A stretch of DNA of 63,419 nucleotides, filler included, from 6 parts of 6 records of this genome joined end to end with filler, not necessarily neighbours in it, one strand, 5' to 3'. Positions 29,644 to 40,685 are shown, counted from the first letter of the whole stretch. Notes: generated from the letters alone by a model not told the origin. Numbers and translations: made by a program.

Positions 29644-30496
29644 TTTTTCTTCTCCTTAGTTCCCACAGTTTATCTTCCACCTCTTCCACAATCCAGTCCG
29701 GAGCCGAAGCTCCCGCGGTTATCCCGATAATTTCGTAATCGATAATCTCTTCGGGCAGGTCGTCGGCCCCTTCGATATGCCAGGAGGGTTTCCCCGATTC
29801 CCGGGCAATATGATAGAGCCTGGTGGTATTGGCACTGGTCTTACCGCCGACAACAAGAACGGCGTCGACCTCATCGGTCAACTCTTTCACCGCATTCTGC
29901 CGTACAATAGTTGCAGGGCAGACGGTCCGGGCGGCTTCAAAAAGGAAGCCCCCTTCGGCAGCTTTTTCCTCCAGAACCCTTATAATATTGTTGTATTTAT
30001 CTTCCCGGAAAGTGGTCTGACAGAGCATGAAAGTGTTTCCTGTCAGTTCCAGCTTTCGCGCATCCTCGGCATCACTGATAACACGACAGTTTTCCGCATG
30101 TCCGGCCACAGCCAGGACCTCTCCGTGCCCCGGATCCCCCGCAAGGATAACATCAAAACCCTCCGCCGACTTTGAAGCCGCCAGATTCTGGGAAGAAACA
30201 ACCTTGGGACAGGTTCCATCGATGAGATCCACTCCCTTGGCCTCAAATGCCTTTTTATCCGCAGCCGGAATTCCATGGGCCCGGATGATCACCGTCCCCT
30301 TTTCTATCTCTTCAGGTCCGGAAATAATACTGACGCCCCGGGCGGCGAGCTGATCGAGCACCCGCCGGTTGTGTATCAACGGGCCGACGGTACAGATTTT
30401 CTCACAGGAGTTGTTCTCCACAGCCTCATCAACCAGCCCCAGAGCCCGCCGAACTCCCATACAGACCCCGAAAGTTTTTGCTCGTACTATAGTCAT
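29624..30496 (-). CDS. ispH: 4-hydroxy-3-methylbut-2-enyl diphosphate reductase
   Basis: GVCMGV, LIHN, RAHG, DGTCPKV, QTT, VCPAT, SANT, TAGASAP. Confidence 0.94.
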   Translation of the reverse strand: MTIVRAKTFGVCMGVRRALGLVDEAVENNSCEKICTVGPLIHNRRVLDQLAARGVSIISGPEEIEKGTVIIRAHGIPAADKKAFEAKGVDLIDGTCPKVVSSQNLAASKSAEGFDVILAGDPGHGEVLAVAGHAENCRVISDAEDARKLELTGNTFMLCQTTFREDKYNNIIRVLEEKAAEGGFLFEAARTVCPATIVRQNAVKELTDEVDAVLVVGGKTSANTTRLYHIARESGKPSWHIEGADDLPEEIIDYEIIGITAGASAPDWIVEEVEDKLWELRRRKNGRITK

Positions 30497-30598
30497 AACA
30501 AGGGAAGGTTATACATAGAGAGGGTATTATTCAACTGTCCGGATAAGAAATCCGGAATTTCAGAGGATTATTCATGAAAAACAAATGGTTAATCAGTG

Positions 30599-30886
30599 CT
30601 AAAAATGGAACCGCTTGTTAAGAGCCGAAAAAAGCCTTTCATTGGTCTTTTCAAAGGAATCCCGGGAATCGACAAGCTTCCGTATCGCATTACAGAACTC
30701 ATCAGGGACCTCCAGGGAACCGAAATGATTAAAAGCCATCCTGGGGTCTGTTGCGTGAAAACATTCGTTTTTCTCATTGATGCAGACTTGTATCCCTTCG
30801 ATCCAGATCTCCAGAATTTTGGTTGCCTGCTCTTTTTTCAATGTGTTCGTGGACACTCTCGTTGTGTAAAGTACGCCTCTCATCAA
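30599..30886 (-). CDS. Hypothetical protein
   Basis: 95-aa ORF filling an otherwise empty gap; no recognisable motif. Confidence 0.45.
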   Translation of the reverse strand: MMRGVLYTTRVSTNTLKKEQATKILEIWIEGIQVCINEKNECFHATDPRMAFNHFGSLEVPDEFCNAIRKLVDSRDSFEKTNERLFSALNKRFHF

Positions 30887-31026
30887 CCCTAGAATCGGCG
30901 GGTATCTTTATAAAATAAAACACTTTATTACATGAACTCTTTACCCCTCATCCAGAGAGGCCTTCTCTAAGAATAAGAATTTCTATAAAATAGCCTCAAT
31001 AGACAGATCCATACAAGAGGAACAAA

Positions 31027-31374
31027 ATGACATTCCGGGATATTGCTGATTCCCTTAAATGTAAAATCATAGTAGAAAACGAAAATTTCGATGAAGCGAA
31101 AATCGAACACATCGTTGCAGGTGATTTGATGAGTGAGGTTTTAGTCGCCGAAGAGGAAAAAATGCTGCTCGTATCCTCTCTGACATCAGATCAGGTCGTT
31201 CGAACGGCCCATATTGTAGATGCCCTGGGGATCCTCCTGGTCAACGACAAGTCCCCCCTTGCCAGCACAGTCAATCTGGCAAAAGATTTCAATCTGAATC
31301 TACTCTCTGTAGATCTTCCCATGTTCGAGGCCTGCGGGGAACTCCATAAGGTTCTCAAGGACCGGCCGTTTTAA
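31027..31374 (+). CDS. DRTGG domain protein
   Basis: GDLMSEVL, QVVRTA, MFEACG pattern; AGAGGA RBS. Confidence 0.8.
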   Translation: MTFRDIADSLKCKIIVENENFDEAKIEHIVAGDLMSEVLVAEEEKMLLVSSLTSDQVVRTAHIVDALGILLVNDKSPLASTVNLAKDFNLNLLSVDLPMFEACGELHKVLKDRPF

Positions 31375-31377
31375 AAA

Positions 31378-32310
31378 ATGAATGTTCTCCCTGGGAAAGA
31401 TCCTTCCCCCCTGGCATTGATCGAGCTGATTCAGAGACTTAAAGTCAAGGATGTTATGAGCGCAAGCCTGGTCACTGCTGAAAGAACAACATCCTTGAAA
31501 GAAATTCGGAAAATGATGAAGGATAATAATATCTCCGGGGTTCCTATCGTCTACTGCAGACGCCTTATTGGGCTGGTCAGTCTGGAAGATATTATGAACG
31601 CCCTGGACGGCGGTTATATTGAAGAACCGGCTGAGGGGCATATGACCCGGAACCTCATCGTTCTCGAAGAAGAAATGCCCCTTTCCATGGCGGTTGAGAT
31701 GTTTGAAAAATATCCATTCAACCGTTTTCCTGTTCTGAATGAGAAAAAGCAGCTGGTCGGGATCATCTCAAACAGGGATATTACCAATAAGCTGTTGATG
31801 GAGATGAACAAAGAGATCCGAAAACTGGAAGAGAGCCTTGGATCAGGGCCGGAAAAGGATCTGGAGACAACGGTTCGCCGGTTTCCGATTATCCGCCACG
31901 ACTTCAACCACGCGGGAAAGGCTTCTACGGAGATCAAGAAAAAGCTGAAAGAAGCGGGCTTAAAAAACCCTTTTATCCGCCGGGTATCGGTCGCAGCCTA
32001 TGAACTGGAGATGAACCAGGCCGCCCACTCCCTGGGAGGAGAATTGGTCTGCCGGTTCCATCAGAACAGGATCGAATTGATCTCCCGGGATAAGGGCCCC
32101 GGAATCCCTGATATAGAAAAAGCCATGGAGGAGGGATTTTCCACAGCGACCGAATGGATTCGCTCCCTGGGCTTCGGCGCAGGGATGGGACTGCCCAATA
32201 TAAAAAGAGTATCAGACGAGTTTACAATTCAATCGGATCCTGAAGGAACCGAAATCCATACAGTGTTCATAATTTCCAATCCCGAAGAGGAGAAAATCAA
32301 TGACAATTAA
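31378..32310 (+). CDS. CBS-pair plus anti-sigma-type HATPase (Ser/Thr kinase-like) fusion
   Basis: Two CBS repeats (VKDVM, ISGVPIV, RFPVL) then YELEMN, DKGPGI, GFSTA, GFGAGMGL. Confidence 0.82.
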   Translation: MNVLPGKDPSPLALIELIQRLKVKDVMSASLVTAERTTSLKEIRKMMKDNNISGVPIVYCRRLIGLVSLEDIMNALDGGYIEEPAEGHMTRNLIVLEEEMPLSMAVEMFEKYPFNRFPVLNEKKQLVGIISNRDITNKLLMEMNKEIRKLEESLGSGPEKDLETTVRRFPIIRHDFNHAGKASTEIKKKLKEAGLKNPFIRRVSVAAYELEMNQAAHSLGGELVCRFHQNRIELISRDKGPGIPDIEKAMEEGFSTATEWIRSLGFGAGMGLPNIKRVSDEFTIQSDPEGTEIHTVFIISNPEEEKINDN

Positions 32311-32629
32311 TGACCTTGAAAATCAGCTGGGCTTTGAATGCCTGCAGTGTGAATATGAAGACGGCCCGCTCGAGGGAGCCTATACTTCGGATCTCTTAAG
32401 CGATGTTATGGCCAATGCCCCGAGCAATTCGGTGCTGATCACCATCCAGGCCCATAAAAACACCGTGGCCGTGGCCACTCTGGCGGATGTCAAGGCCATC
32501 CTCCTCTGTAATAAGCGAATACCCGAGGATGACATGCTTGCAGCGGCAAAAAACGAAGGGGTCGCCGTCTTTCAAACCGAAAACAACCAGTTTGAAGCCT
32601 CCTGCCTTGTGGGCTCAGCTCTGCATTAA
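32300..32629 (+). CDS. DRTGG domain protein
   Basis: YTSDLLSDVMA, ITIQAHKNTVAVA pattern. Confidence 0.8.
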   Translation: MTINDLENQLGFECLQCEYEDGPLEGAYTSDLLSDVMANAPSNSVLITIQAHKNTVAVATLADVKAILLCNKRIPEDDMLAAAKNEGVAVFQTENNQFEASCLVGSALH

Positions 32630-32645
32630 CACGACCAGGCAAAGC

Positions 32646-32745
32646 NNNNNNNNNNNNNNNNNNNNNNNNNNNNNNNNNNNNNNNNNNNNTTAATTAATTA
32701 ANNNNNNNNNNNNNNNNNNNNNNNNNNNNNNNNNNNNNNNNNNNN
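32646..32745. other. Artificial contig spacer
   Basis: N run with TTAATTAATTAA. Confidence 0.99.
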
Positions 32746-32746
32746 C

Positions 32747-32791
32747 GGCAGGACTGTCGGCGCCGGCGTCATCGCCGAAATCATAGAATAG
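32747..32791 (+). CDS. tuf: Elongation factor Tu, C-terminal fragment
   Basis: GRTVGAGVIAEIIE* directly upstream of rpsJ. Confidence 0.9.
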   Translation, partial: GRTVGAGVIAEIIE

Positions 32792-32818
32792 GAACAATAA
32801 GATAGGAAACCGGGCGTT

Positions 32819-33130
32819 ATGATGAACAGCCAGAAAATCAGAATAAGGCTCAGGGCTTACGATCACAAATTGCTTGATCAGTCAGCCCAGGAGATTGTAG
32901 ACACAGCCAAGAGAACCGGCGCCAGGGTGGCGGGACCAATACCGCTGCCGACGAACATCAGCCGAGCCTGTGTTTTGCGTTCACCGCATATCGACAAGAA
33001 GTCAAGAGAGCATTTTGAGGTTCGTACTCACAAGAGGCTCTTGGACATTCTGGACCCGACCCAACAGACCGTGGACGCTCTGATGAAGCTGGATCTTTCG
33101 GCCGGGGTGGATGTTGAAATAAAGCTGTAA
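32819..33130 (+). CDS. rpsJ: 30S ribosomal protein S10
   Basis: [21 protein letters not shown]. Confidence 0.98.
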   Translation: MMNSQKIRIRLRAYDHKLLDQSAQEIVDTAKRTGARVAGPIPLPTNISRACVLRSPHIDKKSREHFEVRTHKRLLDILDPTQQTVDALMKLDLSAGVDVEIKL

Positions 33131-33189
33131 CCCTATCGACCGATCACACCCCGAGGGGCTGAGATTTGGTACTAGGTTCAGAGAGAACA

Positions 33190-33804
33190 ATGGCAAAAGG
33201 AATAATAGGAAAAAAACTGGGAATGACGCGCCTGTTCATAGAAGAAGGCGTGGCTGTGCCGGTGACGGTTATTCAGGCGGGGCCCTGCACCGTGGTACAG
33301 AAGAAAACCGTGGAACAAGACGGTTACGAAGCTCTGCAGCTAGGGTTCGGCGAAAGCAAGAGAGTGAATCGCCCCATGTCCGGCCATTTCAAAGCGGCCG
33401 GCGGCGGCAAATTTACCGTCGTCAAGGAATTCGAAATAGAGAATTCCGAGGACTATGAACCCGGCTCCCAAATAACGCTGGAGATATTCGATATCGGAGA
33501 TAAGCTGAACATTTCCGGCATCACCAAGGGCCGCGGTTTCGCCGGTGTTATGAAGCGCCACGGATTCGGCGGCGGCAGGGCCTCCCACGGCAGCAAGACT
33601 CACCGGGCCACCGGTTCGATCGGCTGCGCTGCTGATCCCAGCCGAGTTTTCCCCGGTCGGAAAATGGCGGGTCGCATGGGCGGTAAAAAGATGACGGCCA
33701 GAAACATGGAAGTCATGGACGTCAGGCCGGAATACGGCGTGATCCTTGTCAAGGGCGCGGTGCCGGGGCCGAAAAACGGCGTTGTTTTAATGAAAAAGAA
33801 TTAG
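33190..33804 (+). CDS. rplC: 50S ribosomal protein L3
   Basis: GKKLGMT, KGRGFAG, VKGAVPG; start ATG 33190. Confidence 0.97.
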   Translation: MAKGIIGKKLGMTRLFIEEGVAVPVTVIQAGPCTVVQKKTVEQDGYEALQLGFGESKRVNRPMSGHFKAAGGGKFTVVKEFEIENSEDYEPGSQITLEIFDIGDKLNISGITKGRGFAGVMKRHGFGGGRASHGSKTHRATGSIGCAADPSRVFPGRKMAGRMGGKKMTARNMEVMDVRPEYGVILVKGAVPGPKNGVVLMKKN

Positions 33805-33819
33805 GCCGGCGAGGGAATC

Positions 33820-34443
33820 ATGCCAGTCGTTGACGTATATAACACAAATAAGGAAAAAGTTGGCGAGGTAGATCTGCCGGATCAGATTTACGGTGTCGAA
33901 GTAAAGCAGCACCTCGTTCATGAAGTCGTGGTGGCCCAGCAGGCCAGCCGTCGTACAGGGACCGCGTCGACCAAGACAAGGTCGGAAATCGCCGGCAGCA
34001 CGAAAAAACCCTACAGGCAGAAAGGCACGGGCCGAGCCAGAGCCGGCAGCCGAAAATCTCCGATCTGGAGAGGCGGCGGCGTCACGTTCGGGCCGAAGCC
34101 GAGGGATTTCAGTTATCGTCCTCCCAAAAAGGTGAGACGTAATGCTCTTAAAGTCGCATTGACCGCAAAACTCCAGGATCTGGAACTTCTGGTGGTCGAC
34201 GCCATGGAGCTTGGCGAAATCAAAACCAAAAAATTCGCGGAAACCATGAAGAACCTGGCGCTCGACAGCGCCCTGGTCGTAACCGAGGGCGCCAATGACA
34301 CCCTTGAAAAGTCTTCCAGGAATGTTCCGGGTTTCAAGGTTTTGCGCGCCGACGGGCTCAACTGTTACGATGTGCTGAAATACAAGCACCTGGTCCTGCT
34401 CCAGTCGAGCTTACCAAAGATAGAAGAGAGGTTGCTCAAATGA
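33820..34443 (+). CDS. rplD: 50S ribosomal protein L4
   Basis: KPYRQKGTGRARAGS, FGPKPR. Confidence 0.97.
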   Translation: MPVVDVYNTNKEKVGEVDLPDQIYGVEVKQHLVHEVVVAQQASRRTGTASTKTRSEIAGSTKKPYRQKGTGRARAGSRKSPIWRGGGVTFGPKPRDFSYRPPKKVRRNALKVALTAKLQDLELLVVDAMELGEIKTKKFAETMKNLALDSALVVTEGANDTLEKSSRNVPGFKVLRADGLNCYDVLKYKHLVLLQSSLPKIEERLLK

Positions 34444-34730
34444 GAGAACCGTATCAGGTAATTCTGCGCCCGCTTATTACTGAGAAAAGCACGCTGGCCA
34501 AGGAAATGAACAACAAGGTGACCTTTGAGGTCGACATGAAGGCCAATAAGGTCGAAATCCGCCGGGCGGTGGAAAAAGCCTTTGGTGTTCGGGTGCTTGA
34601 TGTCAGGACGCAGAACAGGCAAGGAAAAAAGAAAAGAGTAGGCCGCTTTTTCGGCAGGCGTTCCAATTGGAAAAAGGCTGTCGTCACAATGGCGCCTGGA
34701 GACCACATCGACTTTTTCGAGGGCGTCTAA
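34440..34730 (+). CDS. rplW: 50S ribosomal protein L23
   Basis: PLITEKS, ANK.EI, WKKA. Confidence 0.97.
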   Translation: MREPYQVILRPLITEKSTLAKEMNNKVTFEVDMKANKVEIRRAVEKAFGVRVLDVRTQNRQGKKKRVGRFFGRRSNWKKAVVTMAPGDHIDFFEGV

Positions 34731-34752
34731 GAGTTTCGAAAGGTAATTTGAG

Positions 34753-35577
34753 ATGGCCATTAAGAAAGTAAAACCAACTTCGCCGGGCCGTAGGACCCAA
34801 ACCTACAGCACGTTTGAAGAGATAACCCGGACAGAACCGGAGAAGAGCCTGCTCAGGCCGCTGCCCAAAAAGGGCGGTCGCAACAACTATGGGCGAATTA
34901 CATGTAGGCATCGGGGCGGCGGACACAAACGCCGTTATCGTGTGATCGATTTCAAAAGAGAGAAAATCGACATCCCGGCCAAGGTCTTCTCCATTGAATA
35001 TGATCCCAACCGCGGGGCGAGAATAGCTCTGTTGCACTACGTAGACGGCGAAAAGCGCTATATACTGGCGCCCCAGAACTTGAAAGTCGGCGATACCGTG
35101 ATTTCCAGTGAAAAAGCCGACATAAAGCCCGGAAATACGCTTCCGTTACGAGCGATTCCCCTGGGCACGCTGCTGCACAACATAGAGATGAAACCCGGAA
35201 AAGGCGGACAGATCGTCCGGGGAGCCGGTACATACGCCCAGTTAATGGCCAAGGAAGGACGCTACACCCTGTTGAAGCTTCCGTCAGGCGAGCTTCGCTT
35301 GGTATTTGCCGAATGTAAAGCCACTATCGGGCAGTTGTCGAACGCCGATCGCAGCAATTTGTCCATCGGCAAAGCCGGCAGGACAAGATGGCTGGGACGC
35401 AGGCCTCATGTCCGCGGCGTGGTCATGAACCCGGTTGACCACCCTCACGGCGGCGGCGAGGGCAGAAGCTCGGGCGGCCGGCATCCGGTAAGTCCCTGGG
35501 GCGTACCCACCAAGGGTTATAAAACCAGGAAAAAGAACAAGGCCAGCAACAAGTACATCGTGAAGAGGAGAAAGTAG
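34753..35577 (+). CDS. rplB: 50S ribosomal protein L2
   Basis: [24 protein letters not shown]. Confidence 0.98.
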   Translation: MAIKKVKPTSPGRRTQTYSTFEEITRTEPEKSLLRPLPKKGGRNNYGRITCRHRGGGHKRRYRVIDFKREKIDIPAKVFSIEYDPNRGARIALLHYVDGEKRYILAPQNLKVGDTVISSEKADIKPGNTLPLRAIPLGTLLHNIEMKPGKGGQIVRGAGTYAQLMAKEGRYTLLKLPSGELRLVFAECKATIGQLSNADRSNLSIGKAGRTRWLGRRPHVRGVVMNPVDHPHGGGEGRSSGGRHPVSPWGVPTKGYKTRKKNKASNKYIVKRRK

Positions 35578-35581
35578 GCTC

Positions 35582-35869
35582 ATGCCCCGAAGTGTAAAAA
35601 AAGGTCCCTTCGTGGATGACCACGTGTTGGCTAAGGTTTCCGCTGCCATTAACGCCCAGGACAGAAGAGTTATCAAGACCTGGAGCCGGCGTTCAACGAT
35701 CATTCCTGAAATGGTCGGCTTGACTTTCGCCGTTCACAATGGCAAGAAGTTCATTCCGGTATTTGTTACGGAGAACATGGTTGGGCACAAGCTCGGAGAA
35801 TTCGCGCCGACCAGGACGTATTTCGGCCATGCCGGCGACAAAAAGTCCAGAATGAAGGGCAAGAAATAG
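35582..35869 (+). CDS. rpsS: 30S ribosomal protein S19
   Basis: KTWSRRS, GHKLGEF. Confidence 0.98.
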   Translation: MPRSVKKGPFVDDHVLAKVSAAINAQDRRVIKTWSRRSTIIPEMVGLTFAVHNGKKFIPVFVTENMVGHKLGEFAPTRTYFGHAGDKKSRMKGKK

Positions 35870-35877
35870 GTTAGACC

Positions 35878-36210
35878 ATGGAATCGAAGGCAGTGGCAAA
35901 ATTTATCCGTATTTCGCCGAGAAAAGCGCGGATAGTAGCCGAAAATATAAAGGGCGCTCAAGTAGAGGCGGCAATCAACACACTCACCTTCACCCCGAAG
36001 AAAGCCGCTGGCGCTTTGCTCAAGGTGGTGAAATCCGCCCTCGCCAATGCAGAGCAAAATCCCAATGTTGACGTAGACACGCTCTTTGTCAAAAAGGTTT
36101 TTATCGACGAAGGGCCGACCATGAAACGGTGGCGGGCGCGCGCACAAGGCCGGGCGTACCGCATTAATAAGCGGACCAGTCATATAACTGTGGTCCTTGA
36201 AGAGGCATAG
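35878..36210 (+). CDS. rplV: 50S ribosomal protein L22
   Basis: RISPRKAR, RAQGRA, KRTSHI. Confidence 0.97.
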   Translation: MESKAVAKFIRISPRKARIVAENIKGAQVEAAINTLTFTPKKAAGALLKVVKSALANAEQNPNVDVDTLFVKKVFIDEGPTMKRWRARAQGRAYRINKRTSHITVVLEEA

Positions 36211-36222
36211 GAGGATTTCGTT

Positions 36223-36882
36223 TTGGGTCAGAAAACTCATCCGATAGGCTTTCGCCTTGGAGTGATCAAGACCTGGGAATCCCGCTGGTTCGCTCGCCGC
36301 GACTTCGGGCTCCTGGTCGTAGAAGATAAAAAGATAAGGCAGTTCGTCAAGGATCGCCTATTCCAGGCAGGCATTTCAAATATAGAAATCGAAAGGGCGG
36401 CCAACAAGGTCAAGCTGAGAATTCACACCGCCCGGCCTGGCATCGTAATCGGTAAAAAAGGCGCGGAAATCGAGAACCTTCGCGGCCAGATCGAAAAACT
36501 GGTCAAAAGAGAAGTTCTTATCGATATCGTAGAAATCCGCAAGCCTGAAATAGACGCTCAGTTGGTGGCGGAAAACGTGGCCCAGCAGCTGGTCAGACGC
36601 GTCGCCTTCCGCAGGGCCATGAAAAAATCCGTGAGCCTGGCGTTGAAGTTCGGGGCCCAGGGGATAAAGATTCAATGTTCCGGTCGGCTCGGGGGCGCTG
36701 AAATGGCCCGTCGGGAATGGTATCGCGAAGGTCGCGTACCCCTGCATACTTTGCGGGCCGACGTGGACTACGGCTTTGCCGAGGCAAAGACGACTTACGG
36801 GATCATCGGCATAAAGGTTCACATCTTCAAAGGCGAAGTTTTATCCGCTGATGAACAGGAAAGAGTTAAGGAGGGCGTATAA
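36223..36882 (+). CDS. rpsC: 30S ribosomal protein S3 (TTG start)
   Basis: [30 protein letters not shown]. Confidence 0.98.
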   Translation: MGQKTHPIGFRLGVIKTWESRWFARRDFGLLVVEDKKIRQFVKDRLFQAGISNIEIERAANKVKLRIHTARPGIVIGKKGAEIENLRGQIEKLVKREVLIDIVEIRKPEIDAQLVAENVAQQLVRRVAFRRAMKKSVSLALKFGAQGIKIQCSGRLGGAEMARREWYREGRVPLHTLRADVDYGFAEAKTTYGIIGIKVHIFKGEVLSADEQERVKEGV

Positions 36883-37299
36883 ATGTTAGCCCCCAGGAAA
36901 ATTAAATACAGGAAAAAGCAGAAGGGCCGCATGAAGGGCAACGCCAAGGGCGGCGCTCACTTGGATTTTGGTGAATTCGGCCTGCAAGCCATCGGACGCG
37001 GGTTCATGACCAACCAGCAGATAGAGGCCGGTCGTGTGGCCATCACCAGGCACGTGAAGAGGGGCGGAAAAATTTGGATAAGGATTTTCCCTGACAAGTC
37101 CGTCACGAAGAAGCCTGCTGAAACCCGTATGGGAAAAGGAAAAGGCTCTCCCGAAGGATGGGTCGCGGTTATTAAACCCGGGCGCATACTGTTTGAGATG
37201 GACGGCGTTCCGGAAAACGTGGCCAGGGAAGCAATAAGACTTGCCGCGCAGAAACTTCCATTTGCCTGCCGCTTTGTCAAGAGGGGTGAGGTGATATGA
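36883..37299 (+). CDS. rplP: 50S ribosomal protein L16
   Basis: [17 protein letters not shown]. Confidence 0.98.
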   Translation: MLAPRKIKYRKKQKGRMKGNAKGGAHLDFGEFGLQAIGRGFMTNQQIEAGRVAITRHVKRGGKIWIRIFPDKSVTKKPAETRMGKGKGSPEGWVAVIKPGRILFEMDGVPENVAREAIRLAAQKLPFACRFVKRGEVI

Positions 37300-37505
37300 A
37301 AGTCAAGGATATCAAAGAATTGAGTCTGGAAGAGTTGCGCGACAGGGTTAAACAGCTCCAGGAGGAACTGTTCAACCTCCGTTTTCAGCATGGCACCAGC
37401 CAGTTGGAAAACCCGATGCGGCTTCGTCAAACCAAACGCGATATTGCCAGGATATTGACGATAATCGGAGAAAAGGAACGGGCAGGCGCCCGTAGCGAGG
37501 GTTAG
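37296..37505 (+). CDS. rpmC: 50S ribosomal protein L29
   Basis: [14 protein letters not shown]. Confidence 0.96.
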   Translation: MKVKDIKELSLEELRDRVKQLQEELFNLRFQHGTSQLENPMRLRQTKRDIARILTIIGEKERAGARSEG

Positions 37506-37510
37506 GCGAC

Positions 37511-37768
37511 GTGGAAACAAGGCGCAATAGAAAAAGAATGGTCGGCGTAGTCGTATCAGACAAGATGGACAAAAGCGTGGTTGTAGTAGTCAACCGCCTG
37601 GTTCAGCATCCGGTATACAAAAAATATATCCGCCGACGCGCGAAATTCATGGCTCACGATGAACTGAACAGCGCGCAGGCCGGGGACAAGGTCGAAATCG
37701 TACAGTCCAGGCCCCTCTCCAAGAGCAAAAGATGGCGGCTAAGTAAGATAATCGAACGTCGGGCCTAA
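37511..37768 (+). CDS. rpsQ: 30S ribosomal protein S17 (GTG start)
   Basis: [21 protein letters not shown]. Confidence 0.97.
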   Translation: METRRNRKRMVGVVVSDKMDKSVVVVVNRLVQHPVYKKYIRRRAKFMAHDELNSAQAGDKVEIVQSRPLSKSKRWRLSKIIERRA

Positions 37769-37781
37769 GGGAGAGATCGGA

Positions 37782-38150
37782 ATGATTCAACCGGAAACCA
37801 GACTAAATGCGGCCGACAACTCCGGGGCCAAGAAGCTTTATTGCATCAAGGTCCTTGGCGGCTCCAAGAGGCGTTACGCCTCGGTGGGAGACATCATCGT
37901 AGTGTCGGTCAAGGAAGCCCTGCCCAACTCGAAAGTCAAAAAAGGCGACGTGATGAGGGCGGTGGTAGTGCGCACAGCCAAGGAAGTCGGCAGGGCCGAC
38001 GGATCGTACATCAAGTTTGACGATAATTCCGCTGTGCTTTTAAACGCTCAGTTAGAGCCGATCGGAACGCGTATATTCGGTCCGGTCGCCCGGGAGCTCA
38101 GGGCCAAGAAGTTTATGAAAATAGTGTCCCTGGCGCCGGAGGTAATATAG
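37782..38150 (+). CDS. rplN: 50S ribosomal protein L14
   Basis: [19 protein letters not shown]. Confidence 0.98.
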   Translation: MIQPETRLNAADNSGAKKLYCIKVLGGSKRRYASVGDIIVVSVKEALPNSKVKKGDVMRAVVVRTAKEVGRADGSYIKFDDNSAVLLNAQLEPIGTRIFGPVARELRAKKFMKIVSLAPEVI

Positions 38151-38206
38151 TTAGAGAAGTCACGGGGCGGTAAAGAATCCGCCGGGACGGGTTTTAAGGA
38201 ATAATC

Positions 38207-38536
38207 ATGCAGTCAAAGCGCTATCACATCAAAAAAGATGACCGGATAATGGTCATCTCAGGCAAGGAACGAGGCAAGGTCGGCAAAGTCCTGAAAATCC
38301 TGCCGAAGAAAGACCGGGTCATAGTTGAAAAGGTCAACATGATAAAACGGCACACCCGGCCGGGCGGCATTGCCCAAAAAGGTGGAATAATAGAAAAGGA
38401 AGGCTCTCTCCCGATCTCCAACGTGGCCTTGATATGTTCCAAGTGCACAGACCCTGTCCGAGTGGGGCGAAAGGTGCTTGATGACGGGCGCCGAGTTCGG
38501 GTATGCCGCAGGTGCGGAGAGACACTGGACGACTAA
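38207..38536 (+). CDS. rplX: 50S ribosomal protein L24
   Basis: KOW motif [25 protein letters not shown] pair. Confidence 0.96.
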   Translation: MQSKRYHIKKDDRIMVISGKERGKVGKVLKILPKKDRVIVEKVNMIKRHTRPGGIAQKGGIIEKEGSLPISNVALICSKCTDPVRVGRKVLDDGRRVRVCRRCGETLDD

Positions 38537-38556
38537 GGAACCCTTTGGAGAATGAG

Positions 38557-39105
38557 ATGACAAGACTCAGGGAACGATATAAAGACGAAATCGTAGGCCG
38601 AATGGTGAAAGAGTTTAATTACTCGAACATCATGCAAGTTCCTAAAATACAGAAAGTCGTCCTCAACATGGGACTGGGCGAGGCTATCCAGAATGTGAAA
38701 ATCCTCGACGGAGCCGTGGACGAACTGACTGCCATTGCCGGACAGAAGGCCGTAATAACTAAAGCCCGCCGCAGTATAGCCGCTTTTAAACTTCGTGAAG
38801 GCATGCCTATCGGAGTAACGGTAACTTTACGGCGCGACAAGATGTATTTCTTTCTTGATAAGCTGATCAATGTCGTATTGCCGAGGGTCAGGGACTTTCG
38901 CGGGATTTCCCCCAAGGCTTTTGACGGCCGCGGCAACTATACGCTGGGGCTTAAGGAACAAATTATATTCCCGGAGATTGACTACGATAAAGTAGACAAG
39001 GTCAAGGGAATGAACATTACAATCGTCACTACAGCGAATACGGATGAAGAAGCCCGCTTCCTCTTGAGAGAAATGGGCATGCCGTTCCGCAGGCAGGGTC
39101 AATAA
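38557..39105 (+). CDS. rplE: 50S ribosomal protein L5
   Basis: [25 protein letters not shown]; start ATG 38557. Confidence 0.97.
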   Translation: MTRLRERYKDEIVGRMVKEFNYSNIMQVPKIQKVVLNMGLGEAIQNVKILDGAVDELTAIAGQKAVITKARRSIAAFKLREGMPIGVTVTLRRDKMYFFLDKLINVVLPRVRDFRGISPKAFDGRGNYTLGLKEQIIFPEIDYDKVDKVKGMNITIVTTANTDEEARFLLREMGMPFRRQGQ

Positions 39106-39116
39106 GGAGGTAAGTT

Positions 39117-39302
39117 TTGGCCAAAAAGTCAATGATAGCCAAAGCAAAGCGTGAACCGAAATTCAAGGTCAGAGGTTACAACCGCTGTCCTATATGTGGG
39201 CGTCCCAGAGCTTACCTTCGTAAATACAACCTTTGCCGCATTTGTTTTCGCGAGATGGCGCTCAGGGGCGAGATCCCTGGCGTTGTCAAGGCAAGCTGGT
39301 AG
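39117..39302 (+). CDS. rpsN: 30S ribosomal protein S14, Zn-binding short type (TTG start)
   Basis: 61 aa, RCPICGRPR...LCRIC. Confidence 0.97.
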   Translation: MAKKSMIAKAKREPKFKVRGYNRCPICGRPRAYLRKYNLCRICFREMALRGEIPGVVKASW

Positions 39303-39317
39303 AGGGGGAGGTCCGAG

Positions 39318-39716
39318 ATGAGCATGACCGATCCGATAGCCGATCTTCTGACAAGAATGAGAAACGCGTTAATCGCGAAACATGACCGCGTGGACATACC
39401 ATCGTCCCGGGTCAAGGTTGCCATTGTGCGCATTCTCAAAGAAGAAGGCTATGTCAAGAATTTTAAGGTTCTTAAAGACAACAAGCAAGGCGTACTCAGA
39501 ATATTTTTGAAGTACACTGAAGAAAACAAGCCCGTAATCAAAGGTCTTAAGAGGGTCAGCAAACCGAGCCGCAGGGTTTATGTGGGCAGGGATGAAATTC
39601 CGAAGACTCTCTCAGGATTGGGCGTAGGCATCGTTTCCACTTCCCGAGGCATTATGTCGGACCGGGAGGCAAGGCGCCAGAACGTCGGCGGGGAGATGAT
39701 GTGTTCGGTCTGGTAG
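39318..39716 (+). CDS. rpsH: 30S ribosomal protein S8
   Basis: DPIADLLTR, SKPSRRVY, STSRG. Confidence 0.98.
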   Translation: MSMTDPIADLLTRMRNALIAKHDRVDIPSSRVKVAIVRILKEEGYVKNFKVLKDNKQGVLRIFLKYTEENKPVIKGLKRVSKPSRRVYVGRDEIPKTLSGLGVGIVSTSRGIMSDREARRQNVGGEMMCSVW

Positions 39717-39739
39717 ACCGTTCTTAAGCGAGGTTAGCG

Positions 39740-40279
39740 ATGTCACGTGTCGGGAAACAGCCTATAAATATACCAGGCGGGGTTACGGTCAACTATGCCG
39801 AGCCGTCTCTTACGGTCAAAGGCGCCAAGGCGACCTTGCATAGAGAGATTCACCCCAAGGTAGAATTGAGTATCGAAGGTTCAGTCATTACGGTAAAGCC
39901 GGTAGACGAAAGCCGTGAAGCCAGGGCGTTGTGGGGTTTAACCAGAACCCTGGTCAACAACATGGTTGTCGGCGTAAGCACCGGGTTTAGCAGGGTTCTG
40001 GAAGTCATAGGAGTCGGTTACAGGGCCGACGTTCAGGGTAAGAACATACATTTCGCCCTGGGATATTCACATCCTATTGATTTCCCGCTGCCGGACGGAA
40101 TCTCCGCAACAATAGACAAGCAGAACCGCATCACCCTTGAAGGGGCGGACAAGGAACTCCTCGGCCTGACGGCGGCGCGAATACGTGCGCTGAGAAAACC
40201 CGAGCCTTACAAGGGCAAGGGGATCAAGTATGCCGAAGAGGTCATCCAGCGCAAGGTTGGCAAGGCTGGCGCAAAGTAA
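39740..40279 (+). CDS. rplF: 50S ribosomal protein L6
   Basis: MSRVGK, GVGYRA, PEPYKGKGI. Confidence 0.98.
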   Translation: MSRVGKQPINIPGGVTVNYAEPSLTVKGAKATLHREIHPKVELSIEGSVITVKPVDESREARALWGLTRTLVNNMVVGVSTGFSRVLEVIGVGYRADVQGKNIHFALGYSHPIDFPLPDGISATIDKQNRITLEGADKELLGLTAARIRALRKPEPYKGKGIKYAEEVIQRKVGKAGAK

Positions 40280-40304
40280 CAACAGGAATTAAGAGGTAAG
40301 CCAA

Positions 40305-40673
40305 ATGGGTAAGACAAATCCCCAGGCCTTGGCCAGAGTCAGAAGACAACAGCGGGTGCGGAAGAAAGTCCTCGGGACTACGGAACGCCCCAGGCTGTGC
40401 GTCTTTCGCAGCGCTCGTCATATGTATGCTCAGATAATCGACGACACCGGCGGAACCACGATAGTGGCCGCGTCGACCATGTCGCCTGAGCTGAAAGACA
40501 AGGTCAAGGGACTTAAAAAAATAGAGGCGGCCAAGTTGGTGGGACAAAAAGTAGCTGAAAAAGCCAAGGCCAAAGGCATCGTTAAAGTCGTGTTCGACCG
40601 CAACGGTTTTCTGTATCACGGCCGAGTTGAGGCTCTGTCCAAGTCCGCCAGAGAAGCAGGGCTGGAGTTTTAG
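40305..40673 (+). CDS. rplR: 50S ribosomal protein L18
   Basis: [20 protein letters not shown]. Confidence 0.97.
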   Translation: MGKTNPQALARVRRQQRVRKKVLGTTERPRLCVFRSARHMYAQIIDDTGGTTIVAASTMSPELKDKVKGLKKIEAAKLVGQKVAEKAKAKGIVKVVFDRNGFLYHGRVEALSKSAREAGLEF

Positions 40674-40685
40674 GGAGGACAGATT

